DNA from: Octopus sinensis
Taxonomy: Eukaryota
Reading direction: 5' to 3'
DNA: 64,000 nucleotides
Assembly (NCBI RefSeq): GCF_006345805.1
Contig: NC_042997.1
Coordinates: 71,734,001-71,798,000 of the forward strand
Position numbers and translations under genes: made by a program. Position 1 is the stretch's first letter. Each line of letters begins with the position of its first letter. The notes below the pieces were generated by a model. It was given only the letters and a program-made list of their open reading frames with translations. It made no database searches and was not told the origin of the DNA. Shown in pieces: positions 1-14,816 of this stretch.

Positions 1-659
1 CTGTATTTATGTATGTCTGTCAGTCGGTCTGTCTATATGTCTGTCTGTAAGAATGCATGCATGTATGTATATATATATGTTTTTTTCTATCGTCATCGTC
101 TATCGACATGTCTTGTAAACAGAGATATATTTATGTATGGTGAAATGAATACAGTTGTTAATAAATAATACACACCAGCTAAATTGTTTGAGTGTCTAGC
201 ATATCACAATATCTTAGGAAACTTTTCTAATTACCATAAGTTGACGATATAAATAACTGTCCAAAACATACAAACAGAATGTCTTGTTAACAGTCACACC
301 TAACAGAATATAATCCCCGAAGGAAAACTTTTGGGTAAAGACAAGCATTTGAGAAGTAAGATGATCTTTGACTCTCTTTCACTCGGTAATTTGTTCTGGT
401 TGTCTTGATAACATTTTGCTTATGGAGTTAGCATGCTGCAAGGAGCATTCTAAATTTATACACTGTTTTATGATGTGGCTATTTATTGCCACTCGCAGAC
501 TGAAACCTGCTGGAAGTAAGGCCGTGCCCATGACCCTTTTCGAGGTGTCCGTAATTGGTGACAAAAAGCTAGAAAATATTATCATTCTGGAAACGTGTCC
601 CGAACGCATACAACACACAGGATTTCATTAAAGGCAATTATTAGTTATAAGGAGGAGTT

Positions 660-770
660 AAACTTGGTGACGTATTATGTCTACAACGAAACTGGCATTC
701 ACAAATATTCCGCCAACCAAATTTCACTCACAAGGCTTTGGTTGGTCCGATGCTATCGTAGAAGACGAAG
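660..770 (-). mobile_element. Fragment of abundant tRNA-derived SINE (family A)
   Basis: Reverse complement tcttctacgatagcatcggaccaaccaaagccttgtgagtgaaatttgg matches the middle of the copy at 35091-35481. Confidence 0.65.
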
Positions 771-1830
771 TTCTGCCCATTGGAAGCTAGCCTGAAAACA
801 TGTAGTTTCGAAACAAACGCCTAAACTACGAAACGAAGGAAATAATGATGAAAAAACTTTAGAAAATGTAGATGTATTTTGGTTGACGTAGTAAAATAGT
901 ATTATTTATAAATTAACTAAATTATACTTATTTCTTGTGTGCCAATGGTGGTAGGATTTATTATTCCTTTTACTTTGAGATCGCCATTTCCAAAATATTT
1001 TGTTGATTTAACACTCCAAGTTAATAAAATCTTTCTCGAATAAAAAATAACACTAGTGTTTCAATCATGTTTGTCTAGAATTGAATGATTGTCAGAGTAA
1101 ATTATTCCGAAACGAATTTGATGAATAACTTACTCGGAAAACAATTAGCGGATTTTGAACTTGATCCCATAAGCCAGTAAGAGAATTTTTGCTTCTGTAT
1201 TTTACTGAACATTGAATCCCATGCCTGAAATTGAATCCCATGATCCATGGTTGCAGGCTTTATCATACGTAATTTCAACTTGTAGTTTTTGTAATCTTAC
1301 TCGATGAGCCGGGCCAATAAAGGTCAAATGTATTGTTTTGGGTCACAATGTAATGTCTCCTCCAATCAGTTACAAACAATGAATAATTCGGCTCATAGTT
1401 TATATCTAATGGCAGTTAAGGACTTCACTATTAAGTCGCAGACAATTTCGGATGTGATTCATTATTTCAACAAAAAATTTTAAGTGGACGTCAGCATTTT
1501 CAGAAACGAGAAAAAGATAACGGAAGTTAAGAATCGCTTTAGTGGGCTATTTTTGTCGAAAACACTTTAATAGAAATCCAGGCTTCTGGTGTCTGTTTTA
1601 TTATTTATCACAAGATGCAAGTTTTTTTTCGGCAAGTTTTCCTAGATGTTTCTTTCATCTGAAATCGCCCACAATAAATCTGAGAGGAAGAGTTGTGACT
1701 GTCAGTCTAATGTGAATTTTTGTTCACACAATTGCACTCATGTTTTTCTCTAATCAAGTTGTGATATGATGCCTTTCCAATCAGTATTAGTAACGTGTGC
1801 AAAACAACTTCACTAAATATAGTTAAACCA

Positions 1831-2030
1831 GTGAGCTTATGGAGCCATCAAAGCAGTGGAAAATTACTTTGCGGTATTTGTTCCAGCTTTTAACATCCTG
1901 ATTTCAAATGCTGCTAAGTTCAGCTTTGCCTTTCATCTTTTCGGGATCGATAAAATAAAGTAGTAGCCAAAAACTGGAGTCAATGATAACGACTAATCCC
2001 TTCATCTCAAACTGCTGACCTTGTACCTAT
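1831..2030 (+). mobile_element. Degenerate SINE (family B)
   Basis: ttcaaatgctgctaagttcagctttgcctttcatcttttcgggatcgataaaataaag is similar to copies at 4981 and 36248. Confidence 0.6.
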
Positions 2031-3489
2031 ATCAGGAATGATCATTTTATTAAACAATATTGTTGTTGTCGTTCGGGTTGAACAGTAAAAGTCTGCCTTT
2101 ATTTCGGTTCATTTTTCACATAAATGTTTCGAAATTTGTGAATGTCTACCTTATTACCTTGAGTAGAGAAAAGGTTTGTTTTTGCACGTTTAAAAAAGTT
2201 AAACCTACTTTTAACAACTTGTTATTTACAATATTTACACGTGTTGCAAGATGGCCACTTCAGAAGTAGCTGGAAGTGCTATTGGCCACATTGATGGTAG
2301 AATAAACATAAACGATTATTTCAAACGTCGTATTTGAAACGTCGAAATAAATAAATAAATAAAAAAACACGAGCAGAGCCACAACCTCAGACTTTTACGC
2401 TTGTACAAAAGAAACGAAAAGTCCTGTATTGCCAAGATTAATTCTAATGAAAAAGTTAAAGCAGTACGAGCAAATGTACTACCACTATACTAACGCTGAG
2501 GAACAAAAGGAGAACATTTATTTGAATTAGCTCAAATAAAATTAAGGAGCAAAGGAGGAGGTTTGTTACGTAAGACAATGTTTCCTTTTCCAATGAATTT
2601 ATTCAACAAAGGGTGAGAAGGAATGAAACATTTTCTAAAAACAGAGGGAACTTCCATTTATCGCTGAAGCTGGAACTGGAAGATGTCCTGACCGAGGTTT
2701 GGCGGTACATATGCTCTACTGACCAAGACAGGTCATGCTGAAGGTTGTGCTATGTCTTTAAGAGAAGTAGACAAAGTATAGTGTCATATACTTCTCCACT
2801 AACATAATCAAAGTACAAGGTGGTCAGACACGTGATTGTCCCAATATTGTTGTGTGAGTTGCCTTGACTTCTGAATGTCTGTATTTATTCTTTGTGAAAG
2901 GTGTTTTTAACTTGTCCTAATAAAATAAATAATGACGAGACGAATATTTTAAGGAAATGACATTACAACATCAAGGAGAATCCGAAGAAAAATATAGTCC
3001 CGTGGGAACTATAGGAAATATTTTCTCACAGAACAACAGCTATCAACCCACACTACACCAGATGAAAAGAGAAATCATATTTGGAAATACAAATAAAATA
3101 AAAGAAAATATAAGTGCAGATTTTATGTTCATTGCCTTATTAGAAATATATTTCTATAGACCATGTCAATAAGAACATACAGAAGAAGCATAGAATATTA
3201 CAGAATGACTGAACCCTATCTTTAAATGAATAGAACAAAATATCAGGTTTCGTACAAAGAAAGCACAATGTAAAGTTATTAGTTATGTATGTGAAAGAAT
3301 GGATAAGCGAATTGGTTCAATATTCCTATCGTGCGTCCCTTGAGGTGAATAGCAGAAAAAGAAGGAAAAAGATATGAGGAAGTTAAAAAGAAAAAGAAGA
3401 TAGGGTGTTGGACAAGTGATCGAGCTGTCAGTAGTTCGTATTCTGTCAATGTTCGTGGTAGCGGGGACACTTAATATTGGTTTCAAATT

Positions 3490-3668
3490 TTAGCACAAGA
3501 CCACCAATTTCGGGGTGGTGATTAGACAATTATATTGGCCCTAGTGTTTAACTGGTACTTATTTTATCGATCCTAAAAGGATGAAAGGCGAAGTCGACTC
3601 CGCCGGCACTTGAACTTGGAATGTAAAGTCAGAAGAAATGCCGCTTTGTCTGGCGCGGAAACGATTCT
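3490..3668 (-). mobile_element. SINE (family B)
   Basis: actggtacttattttatcgatcctaaaaggatgaaaggcgaagtcgac is the reverse complement of the family B core. Confidence 0.7.
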
Positions 3669-3869
3669 TAGGGACTCTTAATATTAAATATTCAAGTATA
3701 CTCAGATATAAATGATGCTACAGAGCTGATGTTTACTCCTGTAAGTAATAGCTACCCTGTAAAATTTGGTTTCAACATACAGACCTTTGTAAATCCAAGT
3801 GCCGAGTTCAAATCCATGTCTCATATCGAAAGAGAGAGAGAGAGAGATGGGGGGAGCAGAACGAGAGGG

Positions 3870-3953
<84 letters not shown>

Positions 3954-4912
3954 ATTTCTTTGCAGAAAGTAGCAAGAGAGAAGGGATTGTTTTGGTTAAA
4001 TGTCAAGGCAACTGAAATATTTTCTAGTCTGAAAATTCGGTATTCAACTATCAGTGAAAGTATTCCATTCTACTTGAGAATATTTCAATTTCTTCTTCCA
4101 CCATTTCTTATCCCTGGTTTTTATCAACGATTTCATTAAATAGACTTAACACCTTCGTCATCTACTTTAAATACTTTAGCATAATTTCAAACACGTCATT
4201 GTATGTTGTGGGATCTGGAAGGACAATCCCGTTCTAGCAACCATACGTTTATGTAGTCAAACAGTTGGAGTGTAGTAAATAAAGGCATAAAGTCTAAATA
4301 TTTTGAGGTGAAATATATAACCGATTAAATGATTTAAATGGTTCTTATTTTATCGACCTTGGTTGGAGGAAATGCAAAGTCAATCTCTGAGAGATTAGAA
4401 TTTTAAAAACAAAAGGATATAACTAAATAGCACAAGTCGCTAAATCAGATGCTCTGCCTACTCTGGCATTCAGAGCTCTAATATAAAGGATTACTTTATT
4501 GAATAATAACAGTATACGACAGACATCGTCTTTACTATGTTCAACAATTCGAATTATAAATACACAAGCACACCCAGACACACGTAGTTTACTTACAATT
4601 ATATATATATAAGCACACAGATACAAACTCACATATATATATTTGCTGCTAAACATTTAACGATTCACATCATTGTTACTTGGAGTTTCATACATGAGGC
4701 AAATGCTTGAAAAGAAAATACCGTCTGATCAAAAACACATTCCACGTGTGTGTGTATGCGTGTGTGTGTGGGGGGATGTTCTGAAACTCCAAATTATAAA
4801 ATGATTCATTAACTGTTTCCAATAAACACAAGCGCATGGAGTTAATGCATTTTTCTTTCATTTATACTCATAAACGTCTATGTTGCTGTTGTCATTGTTG
4901 CTGCTGCTGCTG

Positions 4913-4978
<66 letters not shown>

Positions 4979-4980
4979 TA

Positions 4981-5198
4981 AAGGCAACGAGCTCGCAGAA
5001 TCGTTAGCACGCCGGACAAAATGGCTAGCGGCATTTCTTCCGTCTTTACATGCCAAATTTAAATTCCGCCGAGATCGACAATAGCTTTAATCCTTTTAAG
5101 GTTGATGAGATGAGGACCAGTTGAGCACTGAGGTCGAGGTAATCGACGAGCACCCTCACCCACAAATGTCAGGCCTTGTGCCTATAAAAGAAAGGATT
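4981..5198 (+). mobile_element. tRNA-derived SINE (family B)
   Basis: aaggcaacgagctcgcagaatcgttagcacgccggac...tttaaattccgccgagatcgac head with degenerate A/B boxes; a second partial head follows at ~5212-5280. Confidence 0.75.
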
Positions 5199-5637
5199 GT
5201 TGTTGTTGTTGAAAAGCCAGTGGGCTGGTAGAATCGTTAAGGCGTTGGACAAAATGCTTAGCTACGTTTCTTCCAGCTCTGATACGGTTTAATATGTCAG
5301 CACTGTCCGCATTTAACAGCATTTCGTTTTGTTCTTGTTGACATACTGCATTCAATTATCGACCAATTGATGTCGAAATTGTCAAGAAAATTTCCTTTCA
5401 GATGCCATGCATAACTAGATAATACTGTTATGTGTCCTTTTTTTCTTCTTATCTGGAGATGGACTTAAGTTTCAGATAGTTGTTTGTAAACCTTACTGCA
5501 ATCGCATTAACCTAAGACTTTTCTGTTTGTGGGCGGCTTATCAATTATATGTGCACGCGTGTGTTTGTGTGCGAATGAGTGTGTTTCATGTGTGTTCATT
5601 GAGATAACAAAGCATCAAAGACAGATGAATTCCTTAC

Positions 5638-5791
5638 TTTGTCAAAATCAAATATACAAAATCGTGCCTTGTCACCAAACTGCCACTTGCACTGAATGTC
5701 TGCATCATATAATTCTCCAGGTAATTTGGTAGGGAACTCAATTTCAGTCACAAATTTGGGTACATCGTTTAGACAAGCTGACTGAGGAGTA
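5638..5791 (-). CDS. ADAMTS18: ADAMTS16/18-like exon, end of catalytic domain and start of disintegrin-like domain (154 nt)
   Basis: (N)TPQSACLNDVPKFVTEIEFPTKLPGELYDADIQCKWQFGDKARFCIFDFDK; acceptor ctattgcag, donor gtaagg. LPG..YDAD.QCKWQFG.KA..C is the ADAMTS16/18-type form of the motif. Confidence 0.95.
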
Positions 5792-7154
5792 CTGCAATAG
5801 AAAAAAAAATACAATTCTCAAAATGACGTCAAAATGAAATATACTGAGTAGCATGATTAAAATAGCTATCAGTGCATAGATATACATAGATATGCGTGTG
5901 TTTGTGGGATTTTGGACTTATACATTCAGGAAGACATACTGCTTAAACTGAAAGATATTTTGGAAGACATATGGATTAGTTTAAGATCAATAATAATTTT
6001 GCCTACCGATAGTAATGTTCCTGTCAGTCATGCCAATCAGGAAATGTCGAGATATTTTAGGTCCGTATCAAATGATAGTTCGCTGTCATACATAATTTCC
6101 TCTGTCACCCAAGTAGACACTTTATCACACCAAAGTACAGAGGAAAATATTTTAGTGGAACATTCTACACATTAATATGATAGGGCCTCACTCATATTAT
6201 AAAATGAGTTAAAAAATGTTGATCGACTGATATTACCCATGCAATTAGTAGCTATGAACTACCTTTATGAGATATTAAAAACTTAAAAGCATAAAATTTT
6301 AACGTAATAAACATTTTAAAATGAATTTATTTGTACTAAATTCATATACAGTCTCAATTAATCAACAAAGCAAGGACAGCATTGTCCAATCTAATGCTAC
6401 TTTTAAAACCTGGCTCTATGATGAGACTATTCGTTCTATGTGCTATGTATACTGAAAATACTTTTTGCTGTTACTTTTCATCGCCTACTTAGTCTACTTT
6501 ACCGTGGACAATTATATATCTTTTGCACTAAAGTCTATGCTACACTATTAACTTAATGCACCACTAATGGCTTTTAATGGCTTGTGGCGCCAGGCATATT
6601 CTAATAGAACTGATCTCATCAAATTGGTAAAAGATCAAACGACAATATATATCGGTCACAAGATGAAGTGTTCAGCACGCTATTCTATAAAACATTTCGC
6701 TCACCTCTATTGACTTTCACGTTGTCTTTGCACGCTGTTTCTGTGTCCATAGAAAAGGTTTTAGAGCGCATTTTTAAAATTCTTGTCATACCAACTCATC
6801 CATTTTGATCTTATTGTTCTCCCAAAATTTTTCAGTTTCGTTTCAAATATGGATTTAGTTTTATATTGTTAATATAAAAACTAACAGTTCTATATTATCT
6901 TAGTAAAAATAAAAATGTTGATGAAAGTTAAAATAAATTAGAAAGAATAGATTAGATAATGAAATGGGTGGAACAGAATTCTTAAAATTCCCAGCCATAT
7001 TAAAATAGATATTGATTAAGGACAAACAAAGATAAAGTCTTAAAATATATTCTCCTTAAATAGCCGAACCGCGTGCACGCAGAATGTAATTTATTATATA
7101 TGCGTATTTGCATAAAATTATAGATAGCAGGAGTAATACACATGCACACACACA

Positions 7155-7188
<34 letters not shown>

Positions 7189-9049
7189 AATAGAAATATA
7201 AACACATATACATACATACACACATACACGTGTATATGTTTATAGCTATATGTGTGTGTACACACACACGCGCGCGCACACACACGTGTGTGTGTGTGTA
7301 TGTTCGTACAGAGACTGATACTCAGAGCTATTTATGCAAGCACATACATGCACATATACGGACTCTTATGAATCATGCAGTGTTATTTTAAGTCAGCGTA
7401 CGATAAATCTCATGTTTTTATAAACAAGAGAATTTATATAACGTGTGGGTTTTGAAGAGGGTGGAGTAGCTGAATCGGTGAATCTGTAGACAGAATATTT
7501 TGTCCCTTGTGGTTGGTACATCTCCTTAATTTCCGAGTTCAAATTTCGTTGATGCCACTTTTGTCTTTCACCCGAATGGAATACCCAATAGTCAAGGAGT
7601 GAGTGGTCGGAGCAATTAAACTGGCTACACTATTTCTACAAAATGTCGGAATTAGACACCCTATTATTCCATTATGTTTTCATCACGTTTAAATGAGATT
7701 TTTGTTTTAAATTTGCATGACTAATATTTTTATCATTTACGTAAATGTTATGTTTTGGTCGATGCTGAACTGAACCAGACGAAATACAAAGCCATAACTT
7801 GTCTGTTGTATAGCATTTTCATATTAAAATGATCATTGTATTAAATTTTTGTTTGTTTAAGTATTTGTATGGGATCTCACTGTACACGGTAAAACTGTTT
7901 TCTTTTTTTGTTTTTTTTACCGAAAAGCAAACAGTTTGTTCGTCGAAAGTATATACAAAGTCAATGGCCTGTTTAGGTTCAGGTACTTCTGGCTAATGAA
8001 GCACATTTCGAAACACCTATTTTCCAGAATCCTTTGCGCCAATAAGCCAAATGTGTTATGACTACATTGTCGTCGTAAAAGGAAGTAGTTGTTGTTCTAT
8101 GACGTATTTAACAGCGACTAATATATCTTACATCCGAACTTGCCTAGACGCATTAAAAATAAATATTTGTTTCATCTCCTTAAGGTATTCTAAAGACTAA
8201 TGGATGACTAATTAGTTTCTCTGGGTTGGTTACAAAGTCATAAAATTTTAAGATAGGCGAATGCTTCAGTTATACTTTTGACATATCTTTGATAATCACA
8301 TGAGACTTGGTGTCTAGTAGTGCAAATAAGTATTTACATCATTATTTAGAAAGGACATTTGCGAAATCAGTATAGTGTAAATGGTAGCATGGCAAGCAAG
8401 CATTGTATGAGGGTTGAGTTTCGTCTGTGAGTTCGTTACAAATACATAATAGTTACATTAGAAACTTGGCTGTTACCTTATAACTAACATCATTTGCAGT
8501 TAGATTTCATTTATATATCTTATCAAGATGCGTTATTTTGGTATATTAAATATAAGAGAAAATATTTAGAATAACATTGCGAAGTGGCTGACAAATTCCA
8601 AATGGGCCACGTGAAATTGGCTTTGCAGTAAGTTCAGTATTTTAGATGGATATTTGTATCGCAATTTAGCAGAACAAAGCTGCAAACTCAAGCACGGGTG
8701 TTATTAAACAGAGACACACAGTTCTTAAGTGCATAGCGTTTATACATCATTCTTATCATACCTCTGTAAGGAGGAAATTTATAGATATGTTTACAAGCGC
8801 TTAAGTACACCCACTCATACATACACACATATGTACACCCTCCCAGCATTTTGCATTGTCCCAGCAAATTTAGCTATCAGAAACAATCACATCAATCTAG
8901 TTCAGCTTCACACCAGTCTGCCAGTTTTTCTCAGTCTGCCTTGCTCTTGGATGCAAGCTTTAGCTCTCACTATAGGCTACGAATGCCGGTGGCATTCATA
9001 AACCTACTGCTATAGTAAACTAATGCACACATCAATAATCTGTTAACTA

Positions 9050-9268
9050 ATGTACTTGAGAGAGTATTTCCATCATACTCCACCTCCACCACCTCCTCCT
9101 CTTCTTCTTTTTCTTCTTCTTTTTCTTCTTCTTTTTCTTCTTCTTCTCCTCTTCTTCTTCTCCTCTTCTTCCTTCTCCGTTTCTTCCTCCTCCTTCTTTT
9201 TCTTCTTTTTCTTTGTTTTTCGTGTTTATTTTTCTTTTTCTTCTTCTTTTTCTTCTCTTCTTCTTCTT

Positions 9269-9336
<68 letters not shown>

Positions 9337-9350
9337 CATTATTATTATTT
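9050..9350. repeat. Compound trinucleotide microsatellite (CCT)/(CTT)/(TTA)
   Basis: Directly visible blocks; source of the poly-L/F/I ORFs at 9050-9524. Confidence 0.9.
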
Positions 9351-9460
9351 TCTCATTCCGTACTTAATTTATCGATCTCAAAAGGACGAAAAGCAAAGTC
9401 GGACTCGACGGCATTTCAACTCAGAACGTCAGGAGCTAGAGTTGAAATATATACAGACAT

Positions 9461-9826
9461 GCATCTTTTTATCTTGTACTTGTTTTTGTCATTGGACTGC
9501 AGCCATGATGGGGCACTGATTTGAAGGATTTTAATCGAACAAATCAAGCTCTTGACTTATTTTTTATTCTGGTACTTATTTTACAATTGGGACGTAAACA
9601 CACCAACACCGGTTATCAAAATGTGGGATAGGGACAAAGGCATAATGATACACAAAAACACTTACACACACGCGCGCGCACACACATTCACAGTTTCACT
9701 AACATGGTGCTGGTTGACCCGGGGATATAGTAATAGACACCTGCTGAAGATGCCACGCATTAAGACTGAATCTGAAATCACTTGGTTTCAAAGCTAACTG
9801 CTTAATCACACAGCCAGACCTGCGCC
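9461..9826 (-). mobile_element. SINE family A, near full length, degenerate
   Basis: Right end cacacagccagacctgcgcc is the reverse complement of the head ggcgcagg..tggctgtgtg; left part matches the 3' half of 35091-35481. Confidence 0.7.
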
Positions 9827-9878
9827 TTCATATGTATAGATAAACATTACCGACTACATATATTTAACGCAGACGTGT

Positions 9879-10211
9879 TGCGTATTTGCCGGTAAGATGC
9901 AATTCGGTGTGGTGGAGATGTGTGAAAACTATGTGCTGGTATTCTTATGTATGCATTGTCCAGGCATACCAGCACATATTTTTCGCACTATACACATATA
10001 AATCGTGGACTGGCGATATGATTCATCTCCGATTCGGTTAGGGAACGTGATATTGATAAGCCACAAAAATAGCGAAACATCGATGTCCATCACTCCTGAA
10101 TGGGATCTGGGTAAGTTATCTCACCTGTCCTAAACTCTCTGGTTTCTTAGCATCCGGTACTTTGAGAGTAATCTCCACCACGCTATACCACAGCCTACCA
10201 GCAAATACACA
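9879..10211. mobile_element. MITE with ~40-bp imperfect TIRs and an internal hairpin
   Basis: Left tgcgtatttgccggtaag...gtggtggagat vs right atctccacca...taccagcaaatacaca; internal stem gtgaaaactatgtgctggtat / ataccagcacatatttttcgc (9921-9988). Confidence 0.6.
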
Positions 10212-11811
10212 CAGCATGTACGTTAAGTATAACGTTTATTACATTACTGTTGCTTCTATTTCATATTTGGATACATACACACACACACACACATATATAT
10301 ATTTATATATATACACACATACACATAAATATATATATATATATATGTAAATGTGTGTATATATATATATTACAAACACACACGCACACACGTGTGAGCG
10401 TGTCTCTGTGTTGACACAGACATGTAGAATATTATTCTTTCTTTTCCTTCCACCTCTCTTACGCATTCGGTTATTTTGCACTACCGACCAACATGAAAAC
10501 CGCTCGAGTGGGTCAACGAATAAATGAATGAAAAAAATAAGGAATGAATTAATTACCAAAGTAATTAATCGGTCAGTTACTTAAGTCATTAATTAATGCT
10601 CATTAAGAATTATATACTCATAAAGTAATGCATTCAATAAGATTAAAAGAAAGCATATGGAAAACATGTAAAGTATGGGCAATTGGACAATTGTACATGC
10701 GTACGAATATGTATAAGTTTTATTTTTGTAGCTTTAATGCAACCGTTTTTGTTTACATATTCCACTTTTTCTCCAAGAGACTTTAAGTAAACAATTAGTA
10801 TTTTTTCAGTGGTTTAGGTCTCTTTTTCAAGTTTTTTTTTTGTTTTTCATGTCCATATGTTATAATTGCAAAACATTGTGCATCATATACACGTAGGCGA
10901 AAGCAAGTTTAGGTGTGTGCATTTGTGTGCGTGAGTGTGTGTTTATGTATTTGTGTACGTGTGTGTATGCATATATGTATCTCTTCATATGTATGTGAGT
11001 GTGTGTGTGTGTGTGTGCGTGTGTGTGTCAGTACACTTGTCAACACAACTGGCAACGGTCAGTTCGTCGGTGACTAACCCAAAGAATACCTCTCCCATGT
11101 TAGCCTTGAGAGGAGAAATCTCGTAGGGCAAAACAAAACCCGTTAAAAGGACGGATAAACGCAGCATAGGGTCAACGTCAATCTATTATACAACAGAATG
11201 CAAGTGTTATTAGGCCCCTAAAAGTGCTTTTTCGAGCTTATGAGTAAGCATCTTTCACAGAAATAAATACCAAACGCAGTCTAGTGCAGAATAATTCACC
11301 TCATGGGCTGATGGCTGCTCTTTAGCCTTGGCTGAGAAACTATCAAGAGAATGGAAATGTCTTTATAAGTACATCTGATCATTCATGAACAGGCTGTATT
11401 AGAAATCACTACAAATGATGCGCTGATACAACTGTAATGATTTGTAATAAAGCCTGTTCATTCCATCTTCTCGTATAAAAATTCTTTTGTATACACTCTA
11501 CGGATACTTGCGTATTTCCACATGTATATTCAAGTAAAAGAAGTCCTACTTCTTTTCGCTGAGTATTCCGTCATTGCTGGGCAATTTTCACGATAGAATA
11601 CCTTTAGTTCAATTTTTCACAATAGAATACTCTTGATCAAGGCAGGTTGCTGCATTATTTGGGAGAATTTATTATGTATCGATAAACTAAATTTTTGTGT
11701 TTCAATTTGGTGCATAGATGTAAGGATCATATCAGTTCGCTACTGATGCTTTGTAAGGAACTTTCGACTCTGTCAGTCTAATAAAATTCCTTATACACGC
11801 ACACACACACA

Positions 11812-11888
<77 letters not shown>

Positions 11889-12616
11889 GCACACACGCAC
11901 ACACACAGCATGAGTGATATACATATCTAAGGAGTGAGTGTGGTAAATATATGTATATAGAGGAGAGAAAGTATACAATGAGAAAAACATAAATGAAAGA
12001 GTTAGACAAAGAGAGTAATCATTTCTGTTGCTGTCATAGATTTTGAAATATTGAAATTAAGAGAAAATGTTTAAATTTGGTATTTTGATGTACTTTTTCC
12101 CACTGAATCCGATTTTGTGATTTATTCATTCCCGAAAAATTTCAAGAAAATGTTATAGAGATTTAAAGTTTGATCATTTTTACTCAATCAGAAAACAGGA
12201 TTTGGAAGGTAACACTTTCTGCGCGATAGCTGTCTATCATAAAATAAAAGTGAACATTACAAGTTTTAAACAAAATGAAAGCAAGATATGTGTCATATAA
12301 AGAAAGGGGGAGGGTCAGCAGGTGGGAGAGATATACACATACAGACAGAGAGGGATAAAGTGTGTGGTAAATATATAGAGAAAGGGGAAGGTGTGAAAGA
12401 ATGAGAATCTGACCTAAAGAGATAGAGAGTAGGAGATTTGTCGATCTAAAAGTTGACTTATTTCTCGCAGAAAATTATAATTTTGATTAATTATAATCGA
12501 ATACTTTCCCGTTGGGACGCAGATTTCGAAAGTCAAATCCATTTTCCTCGAGGACGCGCTGTTTCGGAAACTTTAGGGGCTATACTCATATACATACACA
12601 TATATACACTCATTTA

Positions 12617-12673
<57 letters not shown>

Positions 12674-13734
12674 GTGTGTGTGTGTGTGTGTGTAGGTATG
12701 ATTGGATGCGCTCGATGCACGACAATTGAACTATAATAGGTTTCGACTCAAATGTTAATCGCCTTTAATGTTAATCGTCGTTAGTACACAGAGACGCGCG
12801 CGCACCTTACTTAAAAGATCGGGAAATGGGTTGCAGTCCCTCAAGATTAGAGAGATTGATGCTACTAAAGTTCCTTTGGAACAGTTGCAAAACAACTCCT
12901 GTTTATAGGACCATTGTTATTAAGCGATGGGAGGAAAGCAGATACTGTTGGATGGAGGCGTAGAAATTTGTGTTTGCGCTTGGTTGCAGAGTAAAGCCGT
13001 ATGCTGTAGAAAGCGTTTAAAAGTTTAAAATCAAAGTCTCACTGACTTGGAAAATCTAAAAGAATGCCTCTTATATAGAATCTGCAGTTGAAATAGTTCG
13101 CCGTCAGCTAACTCTTGCTTGTCATTGTATTATTAACTATGGATACATCAAGAGAGACACACGTCTCGTATAAGCGTGTGCTACATCCAGTGATGTACTT
13201 ATGAGGTGATTATCATGAGACAAGCTGAAGCAATAATCATGGTAATCTTAATTGCTATCTAGTAATTATGACACAACCTCTAGAATTAGAGGTAATCATA
13301 ATAATATAGACTACGTTGTTGCATCTAGAATCAACAAACTCTTTAACGATGTCTACTATGAGAACCCCGTCTATCTAAGCACTGTACTCAATGAATATAT
13401 TAGCAAAGATATGGTGACCAAAACATCACAAATACTAGCTTAGAGATACGTTTTATTTCTCTTTGTATTCTGTTATTTACGCAGCGAATTTTCCCCCAAG
13501 CCAATGTACTAGTTTATCCTCCTCACGTAAATATTATTGTTTCACTCACCTAGATTACGCCATAAAACTTTTCTAGCTCATTCTTCCCAGCTACTCAGAA
13601 AGACCTTCTCTGTTCACGTGCTGTTTCACAAATGTTCAAGTTGGATGTCATCAGTATTGACATCGTGGGCAATCAGTTTGTGATTGTACAAAACGATTAA
13701 GGACATTGTTCCTCTACTTCTGATTAACCAATGC

Positions 13735-13935
13735 ATCGTTTACTTGTTGCAGTCTTTGAGCTGCGGCCATGCTGCAGTGCTAACTTTATGGCTGTAGTGG
13801 AACGAATCGCCCCTAGTACTTACTATTAAGCTTGGTACTAATTCTATCGTTCTATTTTGCCAGATCGCTAAGTTACGAAGAGGTAAAGAATCCAACATCG
13901 TTGTCATGAGGTGGTGGGGGCCAAACACAAGCACA
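13735..13935 (-). mobile_element. SINE family A, 3' half
   Basis: ctgcggccatgctgcagtgc...ggtactaattctatcgttc...gctaagttacg is the reverse complement of the family A 3' region. Confidence 0.65.
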
Positions 13936-14106
13936 AAGGTACATACACATAGATCTGTATACGCACACACACATATAGATATATACACACATATATATAC
14001 CTATGCATATGCATACACACACACATATACATACTTCACAAACACACAATTATATATATATATATATATTATATATATATATATATATTATATATATATA
14101 TATATA

Positions 14107-14816
14107 CATGTGGGTTGAAGAATAATTCATGAGTAGTTTTTCTTTTCAAATTTAATAATGCATGCAAAAATAAAATGCGTTGGCAAAATGTTTTATTTCA
14201 TTTAAAAGAGAATTTTGGGTTTTACAAGTGTGTTTTGATTTGTAAAATAGTTTGATTTTTGTGTATTTTCAGATCATTAAAATGGTATGTCAAGTGGACA
14301 AAACTGAGCATTTTCGACACTACTTGCTTTTTACATTCAATTGAGGTGTTAAGGCTACTGAAGCTGCTCGTGACATTTATGCTGTGTATGGAGAAAGAGC
14401 AATGCTTCAAAGTACCGCCCGCCGTTGGTTTTCGCGCTTCAAAAATGGGAATTTTGACCTCAAGGACGGATCACAGACCGTTCGATCAATTGAGTTCGAT
14501 GAAGGGCGAATGAATCAACTTCTTCACGAAAATCAACGTCAAATGACCAGAAAATTGAAGGAGGAGATAGATTGTGACGAAAAAGAAAAACTATAATGAA
14601 CCACCTTCAATCAAAGGGCAAGTTTCACATTACCAATGTGACTAAAGCTGCGATTTAATATTCATCCTCCATACTCTCCAGACTTGGCGCCGTCAGATTT
14701 TTCATCTCTTTCGAACACTTTGCGCGTTGTATCGTTCAATAATGACGAGAAATTGAGGGCTTAGTTGGAAGAATTCTTTGAATCAAGACCGGGAGATTTC
14801 TATCGCCGAGGTATCT
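14107..14816 (+). pseudogene. Internally deleted mariner transposon
   Basis: Begins after TA with catgtgggttgaagaataattcatgag. Transposase N-terminus from 14282 reads MVCQVDKTEHFRHYLLFTFN*GVKATEAARDIYAVYGE..TARRWFSRFKNGNFDLKD. It then jumps to HPPYSPDLAPSDF (~14663-14701); most of the catalytic core and the right TIR are missing. Confidence 0.9.

Noticed and set aside
710-791. Apparent minus-strand exon (tttcag...gtgagt) encoding LASNGQNFVFYDSIGPTKA
   Set aside because: The sequence is a SINE family A fragment (aaagccttgtgagtg is the SINE core) and has no ADAMTS similarity.
4423-4656. ORF containing DDVCRILL, superficially like the expected next ADAMTS exon (DIC..LWC)
   Set aside because: No LWC or C..K..PAA.GT motif and no suitable splice sites.
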